A stretch of 62,245 bases of DNA, filler included, from Malassezia furfur (taxonomy: Eukaryota), in the NCBI GenBank assembly GCA_052055015.1. It is 3 parts of 3 records of this genome, joined end to end, with 100 filler letters (N's around TTAATTAATTAA, not from the genome) between each part and the next. Parts side by side here need not be neighbours in the genome. Positions count along the whole stretch, not along the records: positions 41,800 to 62,245 come from JBQJIT010000177.1; 2 more parts are not named here. One strand, given 5' to 3'. Every line of letters starts with the position of its first letter. Within the stretch, counting starts at the first letter, position 1. Under the pieces are notes generated by a model that saw only the letters and a list, made by a program, of their open reading frames with translations, ran no database searches and had not been told where the DNA came from. Shown here one piece after another: positions 47,829 to 61,302 of the stretch. Position numbers and translations under genes: made by a program.

Positions 47829-48617
47829 ATGGCCGCTGCGTCTCCGGCGCACGGCTGGCGCGCGCGCGTGCTCCGCGCCGCGACGAATGTACAGACTGTG
47901 TCTGCCGCATCACTTGGAAGCGTGCTTGTGGTACACCTTGCCGCACCCGTCGTCGCAGGGATTGTCGGCGCCGCACACATCGACGTCGCGGACCAGACCA
48001 TGGTAGGTCGGTGTGCCTGACGCAGCTGCTCGGCCGCGTGTACTACCAGAATGCGCTCGTCGAGCCCGTGCTTGTATGGGGCGCACTCGGCACGCACCTC
48101 GTCGCTTCGGCGGTGCGCGCCGCGCTGCGCCCTGCGCGCCGCGTCACGGGCAAGGCGTGGCGTTGGGACTGGGCGCAGTGGCAGCGCGTCGCAGGCTACG
48201 TGCTGGCGCCCGTACTGCTCGTACACGTCTGGGCAAATCGCGTGGTGCCGTCGCGCGATGTGCCGCCCATCTCCGCGCTGTCGCCGTCCGAGCTGGAGCT
48301 GAGCTACGTAGGCTATGCGTTCCGCACGCCGCGTTTGGCGGCGCGTACTACGGCGCTGTACGCGGTGCTGATTGTCGCGACCGCCGTGCATTGGATCGGC
48401 GGTATGCCCAAGATGTCGGCGCGTCTCGGCACGCGCCGCACGCGCACGCGCGCCGCGCAGATCGGAGCGGGCGCGTTGGCCGGCGCGCTGGCGCTTGGCA
48501 CTGCCGCGGTCGCGCGCGCCGGCGTCGCGGGCGTCGCGTCCCCCATGCTCGAGCGCGTACGTAATGAGGCTGACGCAGATGCGTGCGTCGTATGCACAAG
48601 TGTGGGTGTACAGATAG
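47829..48617 (+). CDS. MCP1: Mitochondrial outer-membrane adapter Mcp1-like protein; introns 48003-48025 and 48557-48578
   Basis: VHLAAP…M|LLGRVYYQNALVEPVLVWG…H…GYVL…HVWANRVVP…YVGYAF; four-TM pattern. Confidence 0.75.
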
Positions 48618-48622
48618 GGTAT

Positions 48623-50134
48623 CTAGCGATGTGCACCGACGTGCGTATGGACGAGATGCTGCCACATTTCGTCGTTGAGCGCCTTGGCGCGGCGCAGCTC
48701 GTCCTCGAGCTGCGCGACGCGCGCGGCGGCAGCTGCGTCCGGCGCAGGAGCGGGCGTGGTGCGCGTCGGCGCAGTGGCATCTGCCGGCGCCGCCACACTC
48801 GGCACGGTACGCCGCACACCCAGGTACGACAGCACGTCGTCGGCGGCCATGCCCGCGCCCGCGCCAATGCGCAGCGGTACGGTCGGCGTGTCTGCCGCAC
48901 GCACAAGTGTGCGCGCAAACTGCGGCGCGACCGTGCGGGTCGGCAGCGGTGCGACGTACGTGCTGCTCGCCGCGTCGGCATCGCTGTGCGCACTGCGCTT
49001 GCCGAGCTGTGCGGCGGTCAGCAGGTCCGGCGGGCGCGCCATCGCGACAAGGTTCGTCACAGGCGTGTCCGGCGCAGCAGTTAGCGAGGCCGTCGCGTGC
49101 AGCACCCGCACAGTCTGTAGCGTCACGACGTCGACCAAGTGCACTTGCCCGGTCTGTGTGCCAAGCGCGACATGCGACGACGCGAGCGACAGCGTGAGCG
49201 CGGTGATCGTGTCGGCAAGCGTGACGTGCGCATCGTCTGCACCGATGGCATACGCAACGCCCTCGGCGCCGCGCCCACCACGCGCCTGCCATGCGCCTGG
49301 GTCTTGCGTGTACAGTTCGAAGCGGTACGCCGTGTTTGAGTCGAGCAGGGTCGCGAAGAAAAAGCGCTCCAGGCGGTCGATGGCGATGCGTGCGACACTG
49401 CCCGGGAGCGTGTAGGTGCTGAGCAGTCGGCGCGTCGACAGGTCCCACAGCTTGACGCTTGCGTCGTGGCTTGCGGTCCAGAGGGCCGCACGCTGCGGGA
49501 ACGCGCCCGCGGACCAATGCAGGTCAGAGATCGGCAGCGTGTGGTCCGCCAGCGTGGCGTACGCGGCCGGCACCGAGCCACCCGCCAGGTCCGTATGGCC
49601 GAGCAAACTCGGCACACTCCACACGCAGACGCGCGCGTCGTCGGCGCCTGTCGCGAGCGCAGCGCCGTCGGGCGAGAAGCAGAGCGTGCGCAGCGCACGA
49701 TAGTGTGCCTCGAACGAACACAGCAGAGCGCCGCTCGCCATGTCCCACATGTAGAGGCGGCCGTCGTCGGCGCCGGTCGCGACGTAGTCGCCGCTGGGCG
49801 CAAGGGCGACGCACTGCATCTTGTGCGGGAGCACGATGCGCGCCATGGGCTGGTCGCGCTGGAAGGCATACACGGTGAGCACCGCCTTGTCGGCGTCGAT
49901 CGCAACCGCGCCGCCGCCCATGCCTGCGTCGCCCGCGGCGTGGGCTGCCGAGGGCAGCGTGTCGAGCCCGTGCGGCGTGACGTGCGTCGCGCCCTTCCAG
50001 TGCACAAGCGGCGTCTGTGACGTGGCGGCCGCATCGAGCACGTACAGCGCGCCGCGCTGTGCGGCACTCGCCGACGACGCGACCAGCACCTCGGGCGCGA
50101 AGAGCGCCGCGGCGGAGCGGTACGTCGAGGCCAT
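48623..50134 (-). CDS. IPI3: Rix1-complex WD40 protein Ipi3/WDR18
   Basis: [14 protein letters not shown]…AHYRAL…DHTLPISDL, with a C-terminal coiled coil. Confidence 0.85.
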   Translation of the reverse strand: MASTYRSAAALFAPEVLVASSASAAQRGALYVLDAAATSQTPLVHWKGATHVTPHGLDTLPSAAHAAGDAGMGGGAVAIDADKAVLTVYAFQRDQPMARIVLPHKMQCVALAPSGDYVATGADDGRLYMWDMASGALLCSFEAHYRALRTLCFSPDGAALATGADDARVCVWSVPSLLGHTDLAGGSVPAAYATLADHTLPISDLHWSAGAFPQRAALWTASHDASVKLWDLSTRRLLSTYTLPGSVARIAIDRLERFFFATLLDSNTAYRFELYTQDPGAWQARGGRGAEGVAYAIGADDAHVTLADTITALTLSLASSHVALGTQTGQVHLVDVVTLQTVRVLHATASLTAAPDTPVTNLVAMARPPDLLTAAQLGKRSAHSDADAASSTYVAPLPTRTVAPQFARTLVRAADTPTVPLRIGAGAGMAADDVLSYLGVRRTVPSVAAPADATAPTRTTPAPAPDAAAAARVAQLEDELRRAKALNDEMWQHLVHTHVGAHR

Positions 50135-50208
50135 GTCCAAGTCACGTGGCGTTGCGAAGAAGGAGTCATGCGCGGCGCTGCGCGCGGCTTGGCGCTTCCA
50201 CGAACACC

Positions 50209-52068
50209 ATGTGTGGCATTCTCGCCTGCATTCACCACCCCAATGCGCAGGCGTACCGCATCAAGATGCTGCAGCTTTCGCGCACCATCCGACACCGTGG
50301 TCCTGACTGGTCGGGCTGCGTTGTAGTCGACGAGCCGGTGGCGGGTGACGAGGCGCGTGGCAGCATCTTGTGCCACGAGCGTCTCGCGATCGTCGGCGTC
50401 GACTCGGGCGCGCAGCCGCTCGTGAGTGACGATGGCAAGCTCTTTCTGTGTGTGAACGGTGAGATCTACAACCACCGCCAGCTGCGCAAGTCGCTCAAGG
50501 ACAAGAACATCAAGTTCAAGACCGACTCGGACTGCGAGGTGATCATGTACCTCTACCGCGAGCACGGCCCCGACTTTGTCAACCAGCTCGACGGTATGTT
50601 CTCGTTCGTGCTGCTCGACACGAGCGTGTCGCCGCACCGCGTGATCACCGCGCGCGACCCGATCGGTATCACGACGCTCTACTACGGCTATTCGTACACC
50701 TACCCGAGCGCCGTCTACTTTGCCTCGGAGCTCAAGGCGATTGCGCCCGAGTGCGAGCGCGTGCACTCCTTCCCGCCGGGTCACATGTACGACAGCACAC
50801 GCAAGCACGGCGAGGAGTTTGTGCGCTACTACAACCCTTCGTGGTTCCACACCGACGAGGGTGCGCCGCCGACGAACCCCGCCGAGCTGCAGCTGATCCG
50901 CGAGACGCTCGAGAAGGCGGTGCGCAAGCGCCTCATGAGCGAGGTGCCGTACGGTGTGCTGCTCAGCGGTGGCCTCGACTCGTCGCTGATTGCGTCGATC
51001 GCCGCGCGCGAGACGGAGAAGCAGGCGCGCCTGCAGCAGGCGCTCATGGCCGCGCACGAGCCGAAGAGCAAGGTGCGCCGCACCGAGGGCGCCGCGGACA
51101 AGGGCGACGAAGAGATGCTCACCGCCTGGCCGCGCCTGCACTCCTTCTCGATCGGCCTGCCGGGCTCGCCGGACTTGCTTGCGGCGCGTGAGGCCGCCGA
51201 GTTCCTCGGCACCATCCACCACGAGTACACCTTCTCGGTGCAAGAGGGTCTTGATGCGCTCTCCGACGTCGTGTACCACCTCGAGACGTACGACGTGACG
51301 ACGGTGCGTGCGTCGACGCCCATGTACCTTCTCTCGCGCAAGATCAAGGCAATTGGTGTCAAGATGGTGCTCTCTGGCGAGGGCTCCGACGAGATCTTTG
51401 GTGGCTACCTCTACTTCCACGCCGCGCCCGACAAGCAGGCGTTCCACCAGGAGAGCGTCAAGCGTGTCAAGAACCTCCACACGGCCGACTGCCTGCGCGC
51501 CAACAAGAGCACCATGGCGTGGGGCCTCGAGGCGCGTGTGCCCTTCCTCGACAAGGCTTTCCTCGAGGTGTGCATGAACATTGACCCGGAGGCCAAGGAG
51601 TTCTCCAAGGGCGCGCACCAAAAGAAGGATGCCGACGGCCACCCGTACATGGAAAAGTACATCCTCCGCAAGGCGTTCGACTGCCACCCGGACGACCTCG
51701 AGGCTGGCAAGAAGGTGCCCGGCTCGCGCCCGTACCTCCCGGACAGCATCCTGTGGCGCCAAAAGGAGCAGTTCAGCGACGGTGTCGGCTACTCGTGGAT
51801 CGACGGCATGAAGGAGCACGCCGAAAAGACGGTCAGCGACGAGAAGTTTGCCGAGCGTGCGGAGCGCTACCCGATCGAGACGCCCGACACCAAGGAGGCG
51901 TACATGATCCGGGAGCTGTTCGAGCACTGGTTCCCTAGCGACTCGGCGGCCCGCACCGCCGTCCGGTGGGTGCCGCGCGGCGACTGGGGCTGCGCGAGCG
52001 ACCCGTCGGGCCGCAGCGTCGCCATTCACGACGCCGCCTACGACGCCGACAAGGCGAAGGCCGAGTAG
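50209..52068 (+). CDS. ASN1: Glutamine-hydrolysing asparagine synthetase
   Basis: N-terminal MCGI Ntn motif, [50 protein letters not shown]. Confidence 0.97.
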   Translation: MCGILACIHHPNAQAYRIKMLQLSRTIRHRGPDWSGCVVVDEPVAGDEARGSILCHERLAIVGVDSGAQPLVSDDGKLFLCVNGEIYNHRQLRKSLKDKNIKFKTDSDCEVIMYLYREHGPDFVNQLDGMFSFVLLDTSVSPHRVITARDPIGITTLYYGYSYTYPSAVYFASELKAIAPECERVHSFPPGHMYDSTRKHGEEFVRYYNPSWFHTDEGAPPTNPAELQLIRETLEKAVRKRLMSEVPYGVLLSGGLDSSLIASIAARETEKQARLQQALMAAHEPKSKVRRTEGAADKGDEEMLTAWPRLHSFSIGLPGSPDLLAAREAAEFLGTIHHEYTFSVQEGLDALSDVVYHLETYDVTTVRASTPMYLLSRKIKAIGVKMVLSGEGSDEIFGGYLYFHAAPDKQAFHQESVKRVKNLHTADCLRANKSTMAWGLEARVPFLDKAFLEVCMNIDPEAKEFSKGAHQKKDADGHPYMEKYILRKAFDCHPDDLEAGKKVPGSRPYLPDSILWRQKEQFSDGVGYSWIDGMKEHAEKTVSDEKFAERAERYPIETPDTKEAYMIRELFEHWFPSDSAARTAVRWVPRGDWGCASDPSGRSVAIHDAAYDADKAKAE

Positions 52069-52155
52069 CTGCGCACGTAGACCACGTTCTAGGGTACATT
52101 GCTACATACGCGCGATGCACGCGCGCACGCGCCACGACCGGCCGGCTACGACCGG

Positions 52156-52691
52156 CTACGCGGAGGGCGGCGAATTTTCGGTGGCCTCCTTCGCGGCCTG
52201 CTGGAGCAGCTTCCACTCCTCCTCGATGCGCTCGCGCGCACGCACAACCTTGGACTGCATGTAGAACGAGCCCTGGCCACCGCCCGTCTTGCCCTTGGGC
52301 GCAGGCGGCGCGTTAATCGCGAACAGGCGCTCGTAGTTGTCCTCGAGCTCTTTCCGGAGCGTGTCGGTGATGCCGCCCTGCTTCTGCACGGTCGCCGCAG
52401 AGACATCTTGCCGGATATTCAGAATCATCTTGGCCTCATCGAGCGTCATACGGTGCGCGCGCGTCAGCATGTCGGACGGCGCACCCGCCTTCCCCCCCAC
52501 GTTCGACACGGCTTCTTCCACCTGTCCGGCACGCACATCTAAAGGTCAGCCATTCATCGCGCACGTACTCCGCACTGCCTGCCGCCCGGCCTCAACAAAC
52601 GCCCGGCCCAGAATACGGCTGCCCGTATAGGCAATCTGCGCGAGAATCCGCGGGAGAGACTGCGTCAGTGCCTGCCATCGCCACGCACCAT
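52156..52691 (-). CDS. PAM16: Mitochondrial import motor subunit Pam16/Tim16; first coding exon is ATG only
   Basis: M|SLPRILAQIAYTGSRILGRAFVEAGRQAV|…MTLDEAKMILN…GSFYMQSKVVRARERI. Confidence 0.92.
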
Positions 52692-52731
52692 GCTTGCCAC
52701 CGTCGCGAGAAGTCACGTGGCAACTGCGACG

Positions 52732-53751
52732 ATGGACGCGTTCAGCTCCGGGTCCGAGCTGAGCAGCGCGGAGGAGGTGTCGGGCGACGAGCGCGCGCCC
52801 CGCGCGCGCACATCGGATACAGCGGCGCACACACCCAATGCGCCGTCGGCTGATACACCCGCACGCGAGCGCGACGCTCCGCGCCGCAAGCGGAGCGACG
52901 CCCGCGAACGTACTACGACACCGGCGGTCCCACAGCCCAAGCGCGCACGCCTCGTGACGGACGACGACGCGCCGTACGAAGAGGAGCCAGACACACCGGC
53001 GCGTGCTTCGGACACACCGGCGCGCGCGCCCAAGAAGCCGGCCAAGCCGGCCGCACCACGGCCCGCACAACCTGCACCGCGCCTGGTGCCGCCCACGAGC
53101 GACGAGCCGGTGAACGTCGAGACACGCCCGCGCACCGCGCCCAAACCAGCGTCGAACGAGCCGGCGTTTGGGCGCAACATGAGCGGCTGGGACCAGCTGT
53201 TTGGTCCGATCGCGCAGTCGCCGGCACCCAAGACCGAGACGCGTGCCAAGGACGCAACGCCAGAGCAGCGCGCGGCCGCTGCCGAAGCCGCCGCCAAGGA
53301 GCGCGAGGCCGAGGTACGTGAGCGTGCGGCACGCGAGCGCGCAGCGCGTGAGCGCGAGCAGCGCGAGAAGCAGGCCCAGGAACGCGCGGCGCGGGAGGCT
53401 GCGGCGCGCGAAGCCGCACGGCAGCAGCGTATGGAGAAGCGTCCCACGTCGGTGACGCAGGCCGAGCTCGACGAGCACCGTGTGCGGCTGCGTGCGGCGA
53501 TTAACACGACCCGGCACCTCGACCTGCTGGCGGGATGCCGGCTGATGACCGCGTTCGAGGAGGATATGGGCGCCGAGCGGCGGCACCTCCGTGCGTCGCG
53601 CTTTGGCGCTGGGCTGCACCACCTCGGCGGCGTGCCCAAAGGCGAGAAAAAGGAGGGCGGCGCGCCGCCCGTGGCCCCGGCAGTTGCAGCGGCGGCGGCT
53701 GGGGGGTCTTCGGCGGCGGCGAGCGCCACGACGCGCGCCGAGGGCGCATAG
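52732..53751 (+). CDS. Hypothetical protein (disordered N-terminus, E/R coiled coil)
   Basis: Intact ORF with coding-like codon usage filling the space between known genes. Confidence 0.6.
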   Translation: MDAFSSGSELSSAEEVSGDERAPRARTSDTAAHTPNAPSADTPARERDAPRRKRSDARERTTTPAVPQPKRARLVTDDDAPYEEEPDTPARASDTPARAPKKPAKPAAPRPAQPAPRLVPPTSDEPVNVETRPRTAPKPASNEPAFGRNMSGWDQLFGPIAQSPAPKTETRAKDATPEQRAAAAEAAAKEREAEVRERAARERAAREREQREKQAQERAAREAAAREAARQQRMEKRPTSVTQAELDEHRVRLRAAINTTRHLDLLAGCRLMTAFEEDMGAERRHLRASRFGAGLHHLGGVPKGEKKEGGAPPVAPAVAAAAAGGSSAAASATTRAEGA

Positions 53752-53785
53752 CGATCTGATGTACAACACGATTGTCTCTTCATGT

Positions 53786-55697
53786 CTACTGCATAGCCAC
53801 CGTGCCCGTGGTGCGCGTGGGCGCTGCGTTTTCCGGCGGCACAGGTCGCAGTTCGGCGACCTGCGCCTGGGACGTGGCGTTCCCCGCAAGCAGGTACCGC
53901 AGTGTAAAGATGGCGTACTCGCGGATGTCTGGGTCAGTGCGTCGACATACATGGGTTGTGCTCGTCGAGCTGCGTCATGTTGAGCGTGTCGAGCAGTCCG
54001 CCGCGCTCGCGCACGCGGTCCTGCAGCGCAGAGACGTCCGCGAGGTGCGGCGCGCCGCTCGGCTCAAACGCGAGGGTGCCCAGCAGCTGCAGCACGCTGC
54101 ACTTGAGGCGGTACAGCGCCGGGCGCGAGTCTGTCACGGGGTGCGCCTGTGCGGTGCTGCTGGGCACGTGGCCGTCGGGCAGCGGCGGGGTCGGCGGGGG
54201 CGAGGCAGGCACGCGCCCAGGCGCACACGCGTCGTCGTCGGGTGTCGCGGGCACATCCGCCGCGGGGTATCTACTGGTGGCAGGTGCCGTGCCCGGCGCA
54301 TCCGTACGCCCCGGCTGGAACGGGTTCTGCGCGGGAAAGAAACGGTTCGACTCGTGCAAGAGTTCTGGGCGTCAGCCAGGGAACCACGTACCGACACATG
54401 CGTCGACGACACCACTGGCGGGCGCACGCATGCGCGCAAGGAACTCGGTGTCGCCGGACGTCTCGTGGTGTGCCACGTCTTCTTGCGCGCACAGACCGAT
54501 GCGATGTAGACACGCCAGCACCGCCAACAGCGCCATGTGCGCACGGATCAAGCCGCGGAAGTCGTCGACGCCGCCGCCGTCGACGTGCTGCTTCATCGTG
54601 CGTACAGCATATGCGACGAGTGAGCAGAACAGCGCGGGCAGAGGCTCGGTCGACTGGGTGAAGCGTTGGCTCTTTTGCATCACGCTGCTCAGCATGCGCA
54701 CTTTGCCACTCGGGCGGTGCGTGTTTTGGAGGCGCGCAAGTCGCTCGTCGAGGTAGTTTGCCAGCACGCGGAGCAGCGTGATCTGTGCAGTACTCACACG
54801 CGGTTCCTGGGTATCCGCAGGAGCGAGGCGGTCCAGCAGCTCGCCAAACAGACCACACTTGAACAGGCGCTGAACGATGGCCACACTGGGTCAGTCGACA
54901 TGACGTACGTGACTTGCAGCAGCTCGTCGGCCGCATCCGTGAGCTCGTCGGCGAGCAGAACCGCATCGTACATGTTCAACAGCGTCTCGATGAGACGCAC
55001 GCCCACAGGCGTCTGCACCACATTGCGTCTGGGTAAGCGGTGGCACGTACGCAAACGACGCCTTCTCGGGCGGCGTGCACATAGGTCCGATCATCTCCTC
55101 CTCATATGACGTATCGATGCAGTTCAGCACAAACACCGCAGAAGCAAGCACCGTCTGTGTGTCGCTGCTCGCCAGCATGCGTTGCACCGCATCGGGACTC
55201 GGCGCGGTCGGCTCCCCAAGCACATGCAGGCGCCAGATGGTGTGCTGCAGCGCGCTATCGCACGTCGCCGCATTCGCGACGAGCTGTGCGAGCGTGCGCA
55301 CCGCAGGCAGTAGTGCTGGGTCCGTCATGTTCTCAAAGAGCAGGCAGTAGGCCAGCACATCGCCGACCGCATCCCAGTGCAGCAGCACAGCATCGGTGTG
55401 TGTGCTCTGTGCGGCACTGTTGCGCGCGACGCCGAGCAGCGCCTGCATGCCGCGCGCCGCAGGTGCACGGAGCGCAGCGTCGGCGGCGTGTGCCGCGTCG
55501 TACATCCGCCAGGCGTCCCACCGCACCGCCAGCCAGTCCCAGAGCGCCGGGGCATCGACGCCTTCGCCCTTTTGCGCGGCGATGGCGCGCGCAAATTGCT
55601 GCGTGAGCGACACCGCACGCTCCGCCTCGGCAGTGGCCGGGGGTGGCGCAGCGTCCCAAGCCGCCCACGCTTCCGCAACGGCATTGAAGTCGGCCAT
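53786..55697 (-). CDS. ATXN10: Ataxin-10/Ctr86-like armadillo protein, about 4 introns
   Basis: C-terminal QDRVRERGGL…LDEHNP|YIREYAIFTLRYLLAGNATSQ ataxin-10 motif. Confidence 0.85.
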
Positions 55698-55835
55698 ACG
55701 GAGCTACGCGGCGGACCAGCGAAACTTTTTCCTCAGCGTGTGCCTGTGGGCCCGCGTGATTGGCCGCGGCCGAGTCAGGGCCCAGGGGGGTACGTGCGGG
55801 GTGATAGGCACACTTACTCCTCGCCGCTTGGCACT

Positions 55836-57843
55836 ATGGGCCAGCAAGCGTCACGCGACGCCGTCCGCGGCGAGGCGCGCTCGCCCGCCGACCGTCTGCG
55901 GTCGGCAGTAGACCGTAGTGTCGGTTCGTCATCGTCCGCCGCGCACGCACCGTCCGGCACACGCAAGGCGACCGGCGCGTCGGGTAGGACCCGCGCCGTG
56001 TCAAGCATCTCCGCGGATACCCGCGTTGACGGCGGCTACGTTGTGGGACAGGGCGTGTACAAAGGCAAAGCAGACTATGATATACACACTGTGCGCTCGC
56101 TGATCGTGAAGCGCAAGCTCGCGCCGTTCTTCAAACCGATTGATGAAAACGCCGAAGAAGACGGCAGCGGCGCCGATGACAGTGGGCCCAGTGACGCACT
56201 CCAGGAGAGCGAGTGCCCTATTTGCTTCTTGGTACGTACACACAAACTTACCACAGACATTCCCAGGACCGCTCAACACATCGCGGTGTTGTCTGCAGCC
56301 GATCTGCACCGAATGCTTTGTACAGATTCAGCGCGTGGATCCCAAGCATACAGTCCCGCCGTCGTCCCAGCCGGCGATGTGCCCGTTCTGTGTCACCTCC
56401 GAGTTTGGTGTCGTATACGATCCACCCGAAACGTCCGATGCGTCGCGCAACACACCCAAATCCTCCGCACAGACTGCGATCGAGTGCGCCGAAACCGCCG
56501 TCGGTACCGGCGGCGCATCGACCAATGGGCGCACATCGTACCCACCCGACCACCCGCGCGTGGTGCTGGTTGACACCGTGCACCCCGACTGGCACACCAA
56601 GCTCGAGGCTGCGCTCGAGGCCCAGGCACGGCAAGCGAACCGCCGCATGATTCTGCGCCAGGTCGGCGATACCCTCGTCCCAATCGGCGTGTCGTCTTCG
56701 CGCACAGGCGAGACACTGGCCAATGCCGTGAGTCACAACGCACGCCTCGGGCACAACGGGCCGGGCGGAAGCATCATTCTCAACCAAAACGCACGCGTTA
56801 CCGACCTGGAGCTCGACGGTGCTGCGCCGCGCTCGTCTTCGCTCAGCTCCAGTTTGCCGGGCCCACTGCAGCGCGGCCTGCCCTTCTCGCGCTTCCGCAG
56901 TAGTGAGCGGCGGCATCACCCGCAGATTGGCGACTCGCTCGCGCGCTCGGTGGTGCATCTCACACCCTACGAAATGGAGCAGCTCGTACTCCACGAAACC
57001 CTGCGTGTCTCACGCGAAGAGGCTGAGGCCCGTGCGCGTGCCGAGCAGGCTGATGCACGCGCTGCACGCACCTCGGCCTCCGTGCCGCCGCGCACGACGG
57101 AGCAGCGCGCGCAGCGCTCGCCGGAGACGCGCCGCAGCAGCGGCGCACGCCGCTCATCCGAGACACGCCGGACACTCCGCCTCTCCTTTGACCTGTCGCG
57201 CTTCCGCTCGTCGTCCGAGCAGCCGCGCGCACGCTCGTCGCTCGACACTGCACGCGCGCCGCATTCGCCTGAAGCACGTCGTACGCCGCATTCTCCCGAG
57301 GCGCGCCGCGCGCCTTCCAGGGCTGGTGCGTTCGACGCCGCGGACACGGTGCGCGCACCGAGTCCCATCGAGGAGGTGGTGCCTACGCCGGGAGCCGCTG
57401 CGTCGGAAGCTGCTGCGCCGGAAGCTGCTGCACCGGAAGCCGCTGTGCCGGATGCTGCCGCGCCGAGTGCGGATGCGCCGCATAATGCCGCGTCGAGCGC
57501 TCCACAGAGCACCGCACCGCCGTCGCTCGCTCCTGCACTCGTGTTGCAGTCACCCTCCCCTTCTCCTACGCCGTCCGCACTGCCGCGAACGTCGATGTCG
57601 CTCGACACGGACGGCGCCGCGTCACCGGTACCTTCGCAGTCGCCGGTAGCGGCACGTGCGCCGGTACGCCACCCTGCGACGCCCGACACACAGCGTGCGC
57701 GGAGCTCGTCGAATACACCTGTGAATCTATCGAAATCTGTTATGGACGACCTGCAGCAGTTGAGCGGCAACGCAACACCACCTGCGCGCCGCTCGCCGAG
57801 CACGAATCCATTCCGCCGGCGTATGGACGCCGCGGCTCCGTAG
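55836..57843 (+). CDS. SIP5: Sip5-like RING-type zinc-finger protein, 1 intron
   Basis: MG myristoylation-like start; VDGGY…DYD…VRSLIVKRKLAPFF, ECPICFL|…LNTSRCCLQPICTECFVQIQR…CPFC…FGVVY. Confidence 0.88.
57391..57465 (+). repeat. Degenerate 15-bp coding tandem repeat (EAAAP-like) in the SIP5 tail
   Basis: gaagctgctgcgccg / gaagctgctgcaccg / gaagccgctgtgccg / gatgctgccgcgccg. Confidence 0.7.
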
Positions 57844-58014
57844 GCAGGCACGCTGACTCATCCGCGGGCCCTTTATAGAATACAGGCCTCCATTGCCACG
57901 CTTCTTTCTGCCCCTCGCGCTGCGCCCTGCGACGGACGTTGGGTGCGCCTGGAGCGATAGTGTGTGCGGTCTTTGTCCTCTGGCTACGTGTACTGAGTTC
58001 CAAAGACATACAGC

Positions 58015-58674
<660 letters not shown>

Positions 58675-58769
58675 TTGCTCAATGCCCTTGCCATAGCCTC
58701 GTCGCGCGATGTGCAACTCGTTGTCTATACAGATTATTCGGCCCCCCCGCGTGCCCCTCCGCCTCCACG

Positions 58770-59963
58770 ATGCCGGCGTCGGAGCAAACGGCGCTGAGCG
58801 AGCGCCAAACGTCCCGGCTCGTGCTGTACCTTGATCAGCACATGCTGCAGATCCAGCGCGGCTTCCAGAAACGCCACGAGCCCAACGCACAGCTCGCATC
58901 GCTCCCCGCGTTCCTCGACGCGTGGCAGCCGATGCTCGAGGTGGTCAGTGCTACGCCGCTCCGCGGCTCGGCAGCCGCGCTCCGCGACGCGTACCTGCTT
59001 CGCCTCACCACCGAACTTACCGAGGGCATCGTGGGGTACACCATCCGCGACGCGCCGGACCGCGTCGCCTTGCTCACCCAGGTGCTCTACTGGACCGACC
59101 TGCTCGACCAGCTCTGGGATGCACGCATCCGGCGTATCGCGCTCCCGCTCGTCGACGCCAAGCACGCAGCCCACGATCGGTTCCCAGAGCACGCATCGGA
59201 AGCGGCACGCATCGAAGACGCCGAGTCGGTGCGCCCGTCCGCCCAGGTCACGGGCGACACCGACGCTTCTATCCCGGCATACGACCAGACCGAGCGCGTG
59301 CGGCTCCGCGACGTGCTGTCCCAAGCCGAGCAGCAGCTCTTTGCATGGATGCGCGACGCACTCGGCGCACCACCCCCTCCCGTGCAGGACGAAGAGGACG
59401 ACGAGGTGGGCGGCATGCCGATGCCGTCGACCTTGCTGCCGAACAAGGCGGGCCAAGAAGGCAGTGAGGACGGCGACGCCGCGGACAACGACGAGGATGC
59501 GGCGGACATGGACAATGCGGCACCCAGCGATGGCCCAGCCGTAGAGGCTGTCGCTGACGATATTGCAGCGGATGCCGAAGCCCTGCGCGGTGCTGCACCG
59601 CACGCCGAAGCGGCGCGCGACCCCGATGCCGCGGACGCCGACGCGGGCGAGCCCCGCGGACCGCCGCTGGAAGCGGCCTCTCCATCTCCGGAGGAACTTA
59701 CCGAGGAGCAGCAACACTACGCTGACATCTTTGAGCACAAGGTACGTGCCTCACTCACCCAGCTCGACCCCGACGCGGACGACAGCGATGCCGAGGAAAG
59801 CGGCAGCGCCGAGGGCGAATCCGACGACGCCGACGCTGAGAACCCGCCACGAAAGCGCGCACGGCACGGGCCAAGCGTGAGTGTCGAGGCACTCGGGTGG
59901 TGGGACATGCACTATACTCGTGCCTTTTCTCGCGCAATGCAAGACCTACGGATCAGCGCGTAA
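58770..59963 (+). CDS. Probable Tfb6-like TFIIH-associated protein
   Basis: LVLYLDQHMLQIQRGFQKR, QTERVRLRDVL and C-terminal WDMHYTRAFSRAM recall the fungal Tfb6 pattern; probable 21-nt intron at 59742-59762. Confidence 0.5.
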   Translation: MPASEQTALSERQTSRLVLYLDQHMLQIQRGFQKRHEPNAQLASLPAFLDAWQPMLEVVSATPLRGSAAALRDAYLLRLTTELTEGIVGYTIRDAPDRVALLTQVLYWTDLLDQLWDARIRRIALPLVDAKHAAHDRFPEHASEAARIEDAESVRPSAQVTGDTDASIPAYDQTERVRLRDVLSQAEQQLFAWMRDALGAPPPPVQDEEDDEVGGMPMPSTLLPNKAGQEGSEDGDAADNDEDAADMDNAAPSDGPAVEAVADDIAADAEALRGAAPHAEAARDPDAADADAGEPRGPPLEAASPSPEELTEEQQHYADIFEHKVRASLTQLDPDADDSDAEESGSAEGESDDADAENPPRKRARHGPSVSVEALGWWDMHYTRAFSRAMQDLRISA

Positions 59964-61233
59964 TGTCGGCTTGGTTCTGGACGTGGGCGATCGTAGCACT
60001 GCCGAGACATACGTCGTCGTCGTACAGCGCAACCGCCTGGCCGGGTGCCACTGCGAGCATTGGCTCGTGGAACGCAACACGGACGCGGCCGTCGTGTAGC
60101 GGCTCGATGGTGCACGGCGCAGCGGCCTGGCGATAGCGCACCTGCGCAAGCAGCGTTGCCGGCATCGGCGGCGCCTCGGCGGTCCACATGAACGCATCCG
60201 TGTCAAGGGCAGTGCATTGCAGGAGCGGGTGCGTCCTAGGTGAGTGCGTGTACGTACTTGCTCGGCACAACAACGATCGTGTTCGTTGCCGCGCATTTGC
60301 GTGCGACAAAATAGCGCGTCGGCTGTCCCGCGATGCGGGCGCCCTGGCCGATCGTGAGCGTGTGCAGCCCCGCGTGGCGTCCAACGACACGGCCGCTTGG
60401 GTCGACGAAATCGCCCGGACGCCGCTCGACGTACTGGTCGAGGAAGCGCGCAAATGCGTGTGCGCCTGCACCACGCTCACCGACAAAGCACAGGCCCATA
60501 CTCTCGCGTTTCTCAGCGGTGGGTAGGCCAAGCTGCCGCGCCAGGGCGCGCACGTCGGCCTTGTGGAGCGCGCCAAGGGGAAACAGGGTATGGGCGAGGC
60601 GCGCCGAAGGCACAGAGGAGAGGTAGTATGATTGGTCCTTGGTAGCATCCACGGCTCGCTGGACGTATGTGTGAGTGCCGCTCGGCGAGGTGCGCTGCAC
60701 CAGGCGCGCATAGTGTCCGGTTGCGAGCCAGTCGGACGACGTGCGCACCTGATCGAGGAGCGCGCCAAACTTAATGGCCCTGCGTCAGGAAACAGAAACG
60801 TACCGGTTGCAGGTCACGTCGGGGTTTGGCGTTGTGCCGTCGGACCACTGGCCGATGGCCGGCTCAAACACATCCACCCAGTAGGCGCGGGACAGGTCGA
60901 CGAGGCGCACAGGCAGGTTACCGAGATGCCGGCAAACGCGCTGCACGTCCTCCCACTCGCGCTGCCACTCACACCCCATGGCCCCGCCACTGCCCGCCTG
61001 CAGCGTGCCGCGCTCGTCCATCGTCGACCAGTTGCGCATGTACACCGCCTGCAGATCGACGTCGGTGCGCGCCAGCAGCGCAGCGACGACCGAGGAGTCG
61101 ACTCCGCCCGACATGGCGACGGTTACTGTGTCAGCCACACCCACGTACCCCGCTCGCCCTTGCGCGGTTGCGACGAGCCGCGCTGCGCCGCGTGCCGCAC
61201 CGCTGCCGCGCACGCCTTCCACGAGGGGCGCAT
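59953..61233 (-). CDS. MTU1: Mitochondrial tRNA 2-thiouridylase (MnmA/Mtu1/Slm3), 3 introns
   Basis: AMSGGVDSSV, YMRNW, TPNPDVTCNR, ATGHYAR, KDQSYYL, ESMGLCFVG, TIGQ, VAPGQ. Confidence 0.95.
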
Positions 61234-61302
61234 CGCGGCACACAACCTCCACTTGGGCCACGTGCGACAACAACACACGCGCGCGGCTTGCGTCCTGCCA
61301 AG